DNA from: Eledone cirrhosa
Lineage: Eukaryota
Direction: 5' to 3'
DNA length: 64,000 nt
NCBI GenBank assembly: GCA_964016885.1
Contig: OZ024741.1
Coordinates: forward strand, 415,276,001 to 415,340,000
Shown: piece by piece, positions 24,201-39,200 of the stretch
Layout: the number at the start of each line of letters is the position of its first letter
Numbering within the stretch: position 1 is the stretch's first letter
Position numbers and translations under genes: made by a program
Notes under the pieces: model-generated
What the model was told of the DNA's origin: nothing
Database searches by the model: none
The model's input: the letters and a program-made list of their open reading frames with translations, nothing else

Positions 24201-27200
24201 ACTATTATCTACAGTTGTCTTGACCCTTTAGTTAGCAGTCTGGTCAACACTGACCAGGACTATTACCTACAGTTGTCGTAACACTTTAGTTATCAACCTA
24301 GTCAACACTAACCAGGACTATTATCTGCAGTTGTCGTAACACTTTAGTTACCAAACTGGTCAACACTTACCAGGACTATTACCTACAGTTGTCTTAACAC
24401 TTTAGTTACCAGCCTGGTCAACACTTACCAGGACTATTACCTACAGTTGTCTTAACCCTTTAGTTACCAACCTAGTCAACACTAACCAGGACTATTAACT
24501 ACAGTTGTCTTGACCCTTTAGTTACCAACCTGGTCAACATTGACCAGGACTAATACCTACAGTTGTCTTAACCCTTTAGTTACCAACCTGGTCAACACTG
24601 ACCAGGACTATTACCTACAGTTGTCTTAACCCTTTAGTTACCAACCTGGTCAACACTAACCAGGAATATTATCTACAGTTGTGTTAACCCTTTAGTTACC
24701 AACCTGGTCAACACTAACCAGGACTATTACCTACAGTTGTCTTAAACCTTTAGTTTCCAACCTGGTCAACACAGACCAGGACTATTACCTACAGTTGTCT
24801 TAACCCTTTAGTTACCAACCCAGTCAACACTAACCAGGACGATTACCTACAGTTCTCTTAACCCTTTAGTTACCAACCTGGTCAACACTGACCAGCACTA
24901 TTATCTACAGTTGTCTTAAGCCTTTAGTTAACAGTCTGGTCAACACTGACCGGCACTATTATCTACAGTTGTCTTAACCCTTTAGTTACCAGTCTAGTCA
25001 ACACTGACCAGCACTATTATCTACAGTTGTCGTAACACTTTAGTTACCAATCTGGTCAACACTTACCAGGACTATTACCTACAGTTGATGTAACCCTTTA
25101 GTTACCAACCTGGTCAACACTAACCAGGACTATTACCTACAGTTGTCTTAACCCTTTAAATTCCAACCTGGTCAACACTGACCAGGACTATTACCTACAG
25201 TTGATGTAACCCTTTAGTTACCAACCTGGTCAACACTAACCAGGACTATTACCTACAGTTGTCTTAACCCTTTAAATTCCAACCTGGTCAACACTGACCA
25301 GGACTATTGCCTACAGTTGTCTTAACCCTTTAGTTACCAACCTGGTCAACACTGACCAGGACTATTGCCTACATTTGTCTTAACCCTTTAGTTACCAACC
25401 TGGTCAACACTGACCAGAACTATTGCCTACAGTTGTCTTAACCCTTTAGTTACCAACCTGGTCAACACTGACCAGGACTATTACCTACAGTTGTCTTAAC
25501 CCTTTAGTTACCAACCTGGTCAACACTGACCAGGACTATTACCTACAGTTCTCTTAACCCTTTAGTTACCAGTCTGGTCAACACTGACCTGCACTATTAT
25601 CTACAGTTGTCTTAACCCTTTAGTTACCAACCTGGTCAACATTTACCAGGACTATTACCTACAGTTGTCTTAACCCTTTAGTTACCAACCTGGTCAACAC
25701 TGACCAGGACTATTACCTACAGTTGTCTTAACCCTTTAGTTACCAACCTGGTCAACACTTACCAGGACTATTACCTACAGTTGTCTTAACCCTTTAGTTA
25801 CCAACCTGGTCAACACTAACCAGGACTATTACCTACAGGTGTCTTAACCTTTAGTTACCAACCTGGTCAACACTAACCAGGACTATTACCTACAGTTGTC
25901 TTAACCCTTTAGTTACCAACCTGGTCAACACTTACCAGGACTATTACCTACAGTTGTCTTAACCCTTTAGTTACAAACCTGGTCAATAATAACCAGGACT
26001 ATTACCTACAGTTGTCTTAACCCTTTAGTTACCAACCTGGTCAAGACTGACCAGGACTATTACCTACAGTTGTCTTAACCCTTTAGTTACTAACCTGGTC
26101 AACACTGACCAGGACTATTACCTACAGTTGTCCTAACCCTTTAGTTACCAATCTGGTCAACACTAACCAGGACTATTATCTACAGTTGTCTTAACCCTTT
26201 AGTTACCAACCTGGTCAAAACTTACCAGGACTATTACCTAAAGTTGTCTTAACCCTTTAGTTACCAACCTGGTCAACACTAACCAGGACTATTACCTACA
26301 GTTGTCTTAACCCTTTAGTTACCAGTCTGGTCAACACTAACCAGGACTATTACCTACAGTTGTCTTAACACTTTAGTTACCAATCTGGTCAACACTGACC
26401 AGGACTATTACCTACAGTTCTCTTAACCCTTTAGTTACCAGCCTGGTCAACACTGACCAGCACTATTATCTACAGTTGTCTTAACCCTTTGGTTACCAAC
26501 CTGGTCAACACTGACCAGCACTATTATGTACAGTTGTCGTAACCCTTTAGTTACCAACCTGGTCAACACTGACCAGGACTATTACCTACAGTTGTCTTAA
26601 CCCTTTAGTTACCAACCTGGTCAACACTGACCAGAACTATTAGCTACAGTTGTCTTAACCCTTTAGTTACCAACCTGGTCAACACTAACCAGGACTATTA
26701 CCTACAGTTGTCTTAACCCTTTAGTTACCAACCTGGTCAACACTTACCAGGACTATTACCTACAGTTGTCTTAACCCTTTAGTTACAAACCTTTTCAACA
26801 ATAACCAGGACTATTACCTACAGTTGTCTTAACCCTTTAGTTACCAACCTGGTCAACACTGACCAGAACTATTACCTACAGTTGTCTTAACCCTTTAGTT
26901 ACTAACCTGGTCAACACTGACCAGGACTATTACCTACAGTTGTCTTAACCCTTTAGTTCCCAACCTGGTCAACACTTACCAGGACTATTACCTACAGTTG
27001 TCTTAACCCTTTAGTTACCAACCTGGTCAACACTAACCAGGACTATTACCTACAGTTGTCTTAACCCTTTAGTTACCAGTCTGGTCAACACTAACCAGGA
27101 CTATTACCTACAGTTGTCTTAACACTTTAGTTACCAATCTGGTCAACACTGACCAGGACTATTACCTACAGTTCTCTTAACCCTTTAGTTACCAGCCTGG

Positions 27201-30200
27201 TCAACACTGACCAGCACTATTATCTACAGTTGTCTTAACCCTTTGGTTACCAACCTGGTCAACACTGACCAGCACTATTATCTACAGTTGTCGTAACCCT
27301 TTAGTTACCAACCTGGTCAACACTGACCAGGACTATTACCTACAGTTGTCTTAACCCTTTAGTTACCAACCTGGTCAACACTGACCAGAACTATTAGCTA
27401 CAGTTGTCTTAACCCTTTAGTTACCAACCTGGTCAACACTAACCAGGACTATTACCTACAGTTGTCTTAACCCTTTAGTTACCAACCTGGTCAACACTTA
27501 CCAGGACTATTACCTACAGTTGTCTTAACCCTTTAGTTACAAACCTGGTGAACAATAACCAGGACTATTACCTACAGTTGTCTTAACCCTTTAGTTACCA
27601 ACCTGGTCAACACTGACCAGGACTTACCTACAGTTGTCTTAACCCTTTAGTTACTAACCTGGTCAACACTGACCAGGACTATTACCTACAGTTGTCTTAA
27701 CCCTTTAGTTACCAACCTGGTCAACACTTACCAGGACTATTACCTACAGTTGTCTTAACCCTTTAGTTACCAACCTGGTCAACACTAACCAGGACTATTA
27801 CCTACAGTTGTCTTAACCCTTTAGTTACCTGTCTGGTCAACACTAACCAGGACTATTACCTAGAGTTGTCTTAACACTTTAGTTACCAATCTGGTCAACA
27901 CTGACCAGGACTATTACCTACAGTTCTCTTAACCCTTTAGTTACCAGCCTGGTCAACACTGACCAGCACTATTATCTACAGTTGTCTTAACCCTTTGGTT
28001 ACCAACCTGGTCAACGCTGACCAGCACTATTATCTACAGTTGTCGTAACCCTTTAGTTACCAACCTGGTCAACACTGACCAGGACTATTACCTACAGTTG
28101 TCTTAACCCTTTAGTTACTAACCTGGTCAACACTGACCAGGACTATTACCTACAGTTGTCTTAACCCTTTAGTTACCAACCTGGTCAACACTTACCAGGA
28201 CTATTACCTACAGTTGTCTTAACCCTTTAGTTACCAACCTGGTCAACACTAACCAGGACTATTACCTACACTTGTCTTAACCCTTTAGTTACCAGTCTGG
28301 TCAACACTAACCAGGACTATTACCTACAGTTGTCTTAACACTTTAGTTACCAATCTGGTCAACACTGACCAGGACTATTACCTACAGTTCTCTTAACCCT
28401 TTAGTTACCAGCCTGGTCAACACTGACCAGCACTATTATCTACAGTTGTCTTAACCCTTTGGTTACCAACCTGGTCAACACTGACCAGCACTATTATCTA
28501 CAGTTGTCGTAACCCTTTAGTTACCAACCTGGTCAACACTGACCAGGACTATTACCTACAGTTGTCTTAACCCTTTAGTTACCAACCTGGTCAACACTGA
28601 CTAGAACTATTAGCTACAGTTGTCTTAACCCTTTAGTTACCAACCTGGTCAACACTAACCAGGACTATTACCTACAGTTGTCTTAACCCTTTAGTTACCA
28701 ACCTGGTCAACACTTACCAGGACTATTACCTACAGTTGTCTTAACCCTTTAGTTACAAACCTGGTCAACAATAACCAGGACTATTACCTACAGTTGTCTT
28801 AACCCTTTAGTTACCAACCTGGTCAACACTGACCAGGACTATTACCTACAGTTGTCTTAACCCTTTAGTTACTAACCTGGTCAACACTGACCAGGACTAT
28901 TACCTAGAGTTGTCCTAACCCTTTAGTTACCAATCTGGTCAACACTAACCAGGACTATTATCTACAGTTGTCTTAACCCTTTAGTTACCAACCTGGTCAA
29001 CACTTACCAGGACTATTACCTACAGTTGTCTTAACCCTTTAGTTACCAACCTGGTCAACACTAACCAGGACTATTACCTACAGTTGTCTTAACCCTTTAG
29101 TTACCAGTCTGGTCAACACTAACCAGGACTATTACCTACAGTTGTCTTAACACTTTAGTTACCAATCTGGTCAACACTGACCAGGACTATTACCTACAGT
29201 TCTCTTAACCCTTTAGTTACCAGCCTGGTCAACACTGACCAGCACTATTATCTACAGTTGTCTTAACCCTTTGGTTACCAACCTGGTCAACACTGACCAG
29301 CACTATTATGTACAGTTGTCGTAACCCTTTAGTTACCAACCTGGTCAACACTGACCGGGACTATTACCTACAGTTGTCTTAACCCTTTAGTTACCAACCT
29401 GGTCAACACTGACCAGAACTATTAGCTACAGTTGTCTTAACCCTTTAGTTACCAACCTGGTCAACACTAACCAGGACTATTACCTACAGTTGTCTTAACC
29501 CTTTAGTTACCAACCTGGTCAACACTTACCAGGACTATTACCTACAGTTGTCTTAACCCTTTAGTTACAAACCTGGTCAACAATAACCAGGACTATTACC
29601 TACAGTTGTCTTAACCCTTTAGTTACCAACCTGGTCAACACTGACCAGGACTATTACCTACAGTTGTCTTAACCCTTTAGTTACTAACCTGGTCAACACT
29701 GACCAGGACTATTACCTACAGTTGTCTTAACGCTTTAGTTACCAACCTGGTCAACACTTACCAGGACTATTACCTACAGTTGTCTTAACCCTTTAGTTAC
29801 CAACCTGGTCAACACTAACCAGGACTATTACCTACAGTTGTCTTAACCCTTTAGTTACCAACCTGGTCAACACTGACCAGGACTATTACCTACAGTTGTC
29901 TTAACCCTTTAGTTACTAACCTGGTCAACACTGACCAGCACTATTATCTACAGTTGTCGTAACACTTTAGTTACCAACCTGGTCAACACTTACCAGGACT
30001 ATTACCTACAGTTGTCTTAACACTTTAGTTACCAACCTGGTCAACACTTACCAGGACTATTACCTACAGTTGTCTTATCCCTTTAGTTACCAACCTGGTC
30101 AACACTGACCAGGACTATTACCTACAGTTGTCTTAACCCTTTAGTTACCAACCTGGTCAACACTGACCAGGACTATTACCTACAGTTGTCTTAAACCTTT

Positions 30201-33200
30201 AGTTACCAACCTGGTCAACACTGACCAGGACTATTACCTACAGTTGTCTTAAACCTTTAGTTTCCAACCTGGTCAACACTGACCAGGAATATTACCTGCA
30301 GTTGTCTTAACCCTTTAGTTACCAACCTGGTCAACACTAACCAGGACTATTACCTAAAGTTGTCTTAACCCTTTAGTTAAGTTACCAACCTGGTCAATAG
30401 TGACCAGAACTATTACCTACAGTTGTCTTAACCCTTTAGTTACCAACCTGGTCAACACTGACCAGGACTATTACCTACAGTTGTCTTGACTCTTTAGTTT
30501 CCAACCTGGTCAACACTGACCAGGACTATTACCTTCAGTTGTCTTAACCCTTTAGTTACCAGTCTGGTCAACCCTGACCAGCACTATTATCTACAGTTGT
30601 CTTAACCCTTTAGTTACCACTCTGGTCAACACTGACCAGCACTATTATCTACAGTTGTCTTGACCCTTTAGTTAGCAGTCTGGTCAACACTGACCAGGAC
30701 TATTACCTACAGTTGTCGTAACACTTTAGTTATCAACCTAGTCAACACTAACCAGGACTATTATCTGCAGTTGTCGTAACACTTTAGTTACCAAACTGGT
30801 CAACACTTACCAGGACTATTACCTACAGTTGTCTTAACACTTTAGTTACCAGCCTGGTCAACACTTACCAGGACTATTACCTACAGTTGTCTTAACCCTT
30901 TAGTTACCAACCTAGTCAACACTAACCAGGACTATTAACTACAGTTGTCTTGACCCTTTAGTTACCAACCTGGTCAACATTGACCAGGACTAATACCTAC
31001 AGTTGTCTTAACCCTTTAGTTACCAACCTGGTCAACACTGACCAGGACTATTACCTACAGTTGTCTTAACCCTTTAGTTACCAACCTGGTCAACACTAAC
31101 CAGGAATATTATCTACAGTTGTGTTAACCCTTTAGTTACCAACCTGGTCAACACTAACCAGGACTATTACCTACAGTTGTCTTAAACCTTTAGTTTCCAA
31201 CCTGGTCAACACAGACCAGGACTATTACCTACAGTTGTCTTAACCCTTTAGTTACCAACCCAGTCAACACTAACCAGGACGATTACCTACAGTTCTCTTA
31301 ACCCTTTAGTTACCAACCTGGTCAACACTGACCAGCACTATTATCTACAGTTGTCTTAAGCCTTTAGTTAACAGTCTGGTCAACACTGACCGGCACTATT
31401 ATCTACAGTTGTCTTAACCCTTTAGTTACCAGTCTAGTCAACACTGACCAGCACTATTATCTACAGTTGTCGTAACACTTTAGTTACCAATCTGGTCAAC
31501 ACTTACCAGGACTATTACCTACAGTTGATGTAACCCTTTAGTTACCAACCTGGTCAACACTAACCAGGACTATTACCTACAGTTGTCTTAACCCTTTAAA
31601 TTCCAACCTGGTCAACACTGACCAGGACTATTACCTACAGTTGATGTAACCCTTTAGTTACCAACCTGGTCAACACTAACCAGGACTATTACCTACAGTT
31701 GTCTTAACCCTTTAAATTCCAACCTGGTCAACACTGACCAGGACTATTGCCTACAGTTGTCTTAACCCTTTAGTTACCAACCTGGTCAACACTGACCAGG
31801 ACTATTGCCTACATTTGTCTTAACCCTTTAGTTACCAACCTGGTCAACACTGACCAGAACTATTGCCTACAGTTGTCTTAACCCTTTAGTTACCAACCTG
31901 GTCAACACTGACCAGGACTATTACCTACAGTTGTCTTAACCCTTTAGTTACCAACCTGGTCAACACTGACCAGGACTATTACCTACAGTTCTCTTAACCC
32001 TTTAGTTACCAGTCTGGTCAACACTGACCTGCACTATTATCTACAGTTGTCTTAACCCTTTAGTTACCAACCTGGTCAACATTTACCAGGACTATTACCT
32101 ACAGTTGTCTTAACCCTTTAGTTACCAACCTGGTCAACACTGACCAGGACTATTACCTACAGTTGTCTTAACCCTTTAGTTACCAACCTGGTCAACACTT
32201 ACCAGGACTATTACCTACAGTTGTCTTAACCCTTTAGTTACCAACCTGGTCAACACTAACCAGGACTATTACCTACAGGTGTCTTAACCCTTTAGTTACC
32301 AACCTGGTCAACACTAACCAGGACTATTACCTACAGTTGTCTTAACCCTTTAGTTACCAACCTGGTCAAAACTTACCAGGACTATTACCTACAGTTGTCT
32401 TAACCCTTTAGTTACAAACCTGGTCAATAATAACCAGGACTATTACCTACAGTTGTCTTAACCCTTTAGTTACCAACCTGGTCAAGACTGACCAGGACTA
32501 TTACCTACAGTTGTCTTAACCCTTTAGTTACTAACCTGGTCAACACTGACCAGGACTATTACCTACAGTTGTCCTAACCCTTTAGTTACCAATCTGGTCA
32601 ACACTAACCAGGACTATTATCTACAGTTGTCTTAACCCTTTAGTTACCAACCTGGTCAAAACTTACCAGGACTATTACCTACAGTTGTCTTAACCCTTTA
32701 GTTACCAACCTGGTCAACACTAACCAGGACTATTACCTACAGTTGTCTTAACCCTTTAGTTACCAGTCTGGTCAACACTAACCAGGACTATTACCTACAG
32801 TTGTCTTAACACTTTAGTTACCAATCTGGTCAACACTGACCAGGACTATTACCTACAGTTGCCTTAACCCTTTAGTTACCAACCTGGTCAACACTAACCA
32901 GGACTATTACCTACAGTTGTCTTAACCCTTTAGTTACCAGTCTGGTCAACACTAACCAGGACTATTATGTACAGTTGTCGTAACCCTTTAGTTACCAACC
33001 TGGTCAACACTGACCAGGACTATTACCTACAGTTGTCTTAACCCTTTAGTTACCAACCTGGTCAACACTGACCAGAACTATTAGCTACAGTTGTCTTAAC
33101 CCTTTAGTTACCAACCTGGTCAACACTAACCAGGACTATTACCTACAGTTGTCTTAACCCTTTAGTTACCAACCTGGTCAACACTTACCAGGACTATTAC

Positions 33201-36200
33201 CTACAGTTGTCTTAACCCTTTAGTTACAAACCTTTTCAACAATAACCAGGACTATTACCTACAGTTGTCTTAACCCTTTAGTTACCAACCTGGTCAACAC
33301 TGACCAGAACTATTACCTACAGTTGTCTTAACCCTTTAGTTACTAACCTGGTCAACACTGACCAGGACTATTACCTACAGTTGTCTTAACCCTTTAGTTC
33401 CCAACCTGGTCAACACTTACCAGGACTATTACCTACAGTTGTCTTAACCCTTTAGTTACCAACCTGGTCAACACTAACCAGGACTATTACCTACAGTTGT
33501 CTTAACCCTTTAGTTACCAGTCTGGTCAACACTAACCAGGACTATTACCTACAGTTGTCTTAACACTTTAGTTACCAATCTGGTCAACACTGACCAGGAC
33601 TATTACCTACAGTTCTCTTAACCCTTTAGTTACCAGCCTGGTCAACACTGACCAGCACTATTATCTACAGTTGTCTTAACCCTTTGGTTACCAACCTGGT
33701 CAACACTGACCAGCACTATTATCTACAGTTGTCGTAACCCTTTAGTTACCAACCTGGTCAACACTGACCAGGACTATTACCTACAGTTGTCTTAACCCTT
33801 TAGTTACCAACCTGGTCAACACTGACCAGAACTATTAGCTACAGTTGTCTTAACCCTTTAGTTACCAACCTGGTCAACACTAACCAGGACTATTACCTAC
33901 AGTTGTCTTAACCCTTTAGTTACCAACCTGGTCAACACTTACCAGGACTATTACCTACAGTTGTCTTAACCCTTTAGTTACAAACCTGGTGAACAATAAC
34001 CAGGACTATTACCTACAGTTGTCTTAACCCTTTAGTTACCAACCTGGTCAACACTGACCAGGACTTACCTACAGTTGTCTTAACCCTTTAGTTACTAACC
34101 TGGTCAACACTGACCAGGACTATTACCTACAGTTGTCTTAACCCTTTAGTTACCAACCTGGTCAACACTTACCAGGACTATTACCTACAGTTGTCTTAAC
34201 CCTTTAGTTACCAACCTGGTCAACACTAACCAGGACTATTACCTACAGTTGTCTTAACCCTTTAGTTACCTGTCTGGTCAACACTAACCAGGACTATTAC
34301 CTAGAGTTGTCTTAACACTTTAGTTACCAATCTGGTCAACACTGACCAGGACTATTACCTACAGTTCTCTTAACCCTTTAGTTACCAGCCTGGTCAACAC
34401 TGACCAGCACTATTATCTACAGTTGTCTTAACCCTTTGGTTACCAACCTGGTCAACACTGACCAGCACTATTATCTACAGTTGTCGTAACCCTTTAGTTA
34501 CCAACCTGGTCAACACTGACCAGGACTATTACCTACAGTTGTCTTAACCCTTTAGTTACTAACCTGGTCAACACTGACCAGGACTATTACCTACAGTTGT
34601 CTTAAACCTTTAGTTACCAACCTGGTCAACACTGACCAGGACTATTACCTACAGTTGTCTTAAACCTTTAGTTTCCAACCTGGTCAACACTGACCAGGAA
34701 TATTACCTGCAGTTGTCTTAACCCTTTAGTTACCAACCTGGTCAACACTAACCAGGACTATTACCTAAAGTTGTCTTAACCCTTTAGTTAAGTTACCAAC
34801 CTGGTCAATAGTGACCAGAACTATTACCTACAGTTGTCTTAACCCTTTAGTTACCAACCTGGTCAACACTGACCAGGACTATTACCTACAGTTGTCTTGA
34901 CTCTTTAGTTTCCAACCTGGTCAACACTGACCAGGACTATTACCTTCAGTTGTCTTAACCCTTTAGTTACCAGTCTGGTCAACCCTGACCAGCACTATTA
35001 TCTACAGTTGTCTTAACCCTTTAGTTACCACTCTGGTCAACACTGACCAGCACTATTATCTACAGTTGTCTTGACCCTTTAGTTAGCAGTCTGGTCAACA
35101 CTGACCAGGACTATTACCTACAGTTGTCGTAACACTTTAGTTATCAACCTAGTCAACACTAACCAGGACTATTATCTGCAGTTGTCGTAACACTTTAGTT
35201 ACCAAACTGGTCAACACTTACCAGGACTATTACCTACAGTTGTCTTAACACTTTAGTTACCAGCCTGGTCAACACTTACCAGGACTATTACCTACAGTTG
35301 TCTTAACCCTTTAGTTACCAACCTAGTCAACACTAACCAGGACTATTAACTACAGTTGTCTTGACCCTTTAGTTACCAACCTGGTCAACATTGACCAGGA
35401 CTAATACCTACAGTTGTCTTAACCCTTTAGTTACCAACCTGGTCAACACTGACCAGGACTATTACCTACAGTTGTCTTAACCCTTTAGTTACCAACCTGG
35501 TCAACACTAACCAGGAATATTATCTACAGTTGTGTTAACCCTTTAGTTACCAACCTGGTCAACACTAACCAGGACTATTACCTACAGTTGTCTTAAACCT
35601 TTAGTTTCCAACCTGGTCAACACAGACCAGGACTATTACCTACAGTTGTCTTAACCCTTTAGTTACCAACCCAGTCAACACTAACCAGGACGATTACCTA
35701 CAGTTCTCTTAACCCTTTAGTTACCAACCTGGTCAACACTGACCAGCACTATTATCTACAGTTGTCTTAAGCCTTTAGTTAACAGTCTGGTCAACACTGA
35801 CCGGCACTATTATCTACAGTTGTCTTAACCCTTTAGTTACCAGTCTAGTCAACACTGACCAGCACTATTATCTACAGTTGTCGTAACACTTTAGTTACCA
35901 ATCTGGTCAACACTTACCAGGACTATTACCTACAGTTGATGTAACCCTTTAGTTACCAACCTGGTCAACACTAACCAGGACTATTACCTACAGTTGTCTT
36001 AACCCTTTAAATTCCAACCTGGTCAACACTGACCAGGACTATTACCTACAGTTGATGTAACCCTTTAGTTACCAACCTGGTCAACACTAACCAGGACTAT
36101 TACCTACAGTTGTCTTAACCCTTTAAATTCCAACCTGGTCAACACTGACCAGGACTATTGCCTACAGTTGTCTTAACCCTTTAGTTACCAACCTGGTCAA

Positions 36201-39200
36201 CACTGACCAGGACTATTGCCTACATTTGTCTTAACCCTTTAGTTACCAACCTGGTCAACACTGACCAGAACTATTGCCTACAGTTGTCTTAACCCTTTAG
36301 TTACCAACCTGGTCAACACTGACCAGGACTATTACCTACAGTTGTCTTAACCCTTTAGTTACCAACCTGGTCAACACTGACCAGGACTATTACCTACAGT
36401 TCTCTTAACCCTTTAGTTACCAGTCTGGTCAACACTGACCTGCACTATTATCTACAGTTGTCTTAACCCTTTAGTTACCAACCTGGTCAACATTTACCAG
36501 GACTATTACCTACAGTTGTCTTAACCCTTTAGTTACCAACCTGGTCAACACTGACCAGGACTATTACCTACAGTTGTCTTAACCCTTTAGTTACCAACCT
36601 GGTCAACACTTACCAGGACTATTACCTACAGTTGTCTTAACCCTTTAGTTACCAACCTGGTCAACACTAACCAGGACTATTACCTACAGGTGTCTTAACC
36701 CTTTAGTTACCAACCTGGTCAACACTAACCAGGACTATTACCTACAGTTGTCTTAACCCTTTAGTTACCAACCTGGTCAAAACTTACCAGGACTATTACC
36801 TACAGTTGTCTTAACCCTTTAGTTACAAACCTGGTCAATAATAACCAGGACTATTACCTACAGTTGTCTTAACCCTTTAGTTACCAACCTGGTCAAGACT
36901 GACCAGGACTATTACCTACAGTTGTCTTAACCCTTTAGTTACTAACCTGGTCAACACTGACCAGGACTATTACCTACAGTTGTCCTAACCCTTTAGTTAC
37001 CAATCTGGTCAACACTAACCAGGACTATTATCTACAGTTGTCTTAACCCTTTAGTTACCAACCTGGTCAAAACTTACCAGGACTATTACCTACAGTTGTC
37101 TTAACCCTTTAGTTACCAACCTGGTCAACACTAACCAGGACTATTACCTACAGTTGTCTTAACCCTTTAGTTACCAGTCTGGTCAACACTAACCAGGACT
37201 ATTACCTACAGTTGTCTTAACACTTTAGTTACCAATCTGGTCAACACTGACCAGGACTATTACCTACAGTTCTCTTAACCCTTTAGTTACCAGCCTGGTC
37301 AACACTGACCAGCACTATTATCTACAGTTGTCTTAACCCTTTGGTTACCAACCTGGTCAACACTGACCAGCACTATTATGTACAGTTGTCGTAACCCTTT
37401 AGTTACCAACCTGGTCAACACTGACCAGGACTATTACCTACAGTTGTCTTAACCCTTTAGTTACCAACCTGGTCAACACTGACCAGAACTATTAGCTACA
37501 GTTGTCTTAACCCTTTAGTTACCAACCTGGTCAACACTAACCAGGACTATTACCTACAGTTGTCTTAACCCTTTACTTACCAACCTGGTCAACACTTACC
37601 AGGACTATTACCTACAGTTGTCTTAACCCTTTAGTTACAAACCTTTTCAACAATAACCAGGACTATTACCTACAGTTGTCTTAACCCTTTAGTTACCAAC
37701 CTGGTCAACACTGACCAGAACTATTACCTACAGTTGTCTTAACCCTTTAGTTACTAACCTGGTCAACACTGACCAGGACTATTACCTACAGTTGTCTTAA
37801 CCCTTTAGTTCCCAACCTGGTCAACACTTACCAGGACTATTACCTACAGTTGTCTTAACCCTTTAGTTACCAACCTGGTCAACACTAACCAGGACTATTA
37901 CCTACAGTTGTCTTAACCCTTTAGTTACCAGTCTGGTCAACACTAACCAGGACTATTACCTACAGTTGTCTTAACACTTTAGTTACCAATCTGGTCAACA
38001 CTGACCAGGACTATTACCTACAGTTCTCTTAACCCTTTAGTTACCAGCCTGGTCAACACTGACCAGCACTATTATCTACAGTTGTCTTAACCCTTTGGTT
38101 ACCAACCTGGTCAACACTGACCAGCACTATTATCTACAGTTGTCGTAACCCTTTAGTTACCAACCTGGTCAACACTGACCAGGACTATTACCTACAGTTG
38201 TCTTAACCCTTTAGTTACCAACCTGGTCAACACTAACCAGGACTATTACCTACAGTTGTCTTAACCCTTTAGTTACCAACCTGGTCAACACTTACCAGGA
38301 CTATTACCTACAGTTGTCTTAACCCTTTAGTTACAAACCTGGTGAACAATAACCAGGACTATTACCTACAGTTGTCTTAACCCTTTAGTTACCAACCTGG
38401 TCAACACTGACCAGGACTTACCTACAGTTGTCTTAACCCTTTAGTTACTAACCTGGTCAACACTGACCAGGACTATTACCTACAGTTGTCTTAACCCTTT
38501 AGTTACCAACCTGGTCAACACTTACCAGGACTATTACCTACAGTTGTCTTAACCCTTTAGTTACCAACCTGGTCAACACTAACCAGGACTATTACCTACA
38601 GTTGTCTTAACCCTTTAGTTACCTGTCTGGTCAACACTAACCAGGACTATTACCTAGAGTTGTCTTAACACTTTAGTTACCAATCTGGTCAACACTGACC
38701 AGGACTATTACCTACAGTTCTCTTAACCCTTTAGTTACCAGCCTGGTCAACACTGACCAGCACTATTATCTACAGTTGTCTTAACCCTTTGGTTACCAAC
38801 CTGGTCAACACTGACCAGCACTATTATCTACAGTTGTCGTAACCCTTTAGTTACCAACCTGGTCAACACTGACCAGGACTATTACCTACAGTTGTCTTAA
38901 CCCTTTAGTTACTAACCTGGTCAACACTGACCAGGACTATTACCTACAGTTGTCTTAACCCTTTAGTTACCAACCTGGTCAACACTTACCAGGACTATTA
39001 CCTACAGTTGTCTTAACCCTTTAGTTACCAACCTGGTCAACACTAACCAGGACTATTACCTACACTTGTCTTAACCCTTTAGTTACCAGTCTGGTCAACA
39101 CTAACCAGGACTATTACCTACAGTTGTCTTAACACTTTAGTTACCAATCTGGTCAACACTGACCAGGACTATTACCTACAGTTCTCTTAACCCTTTAGTT

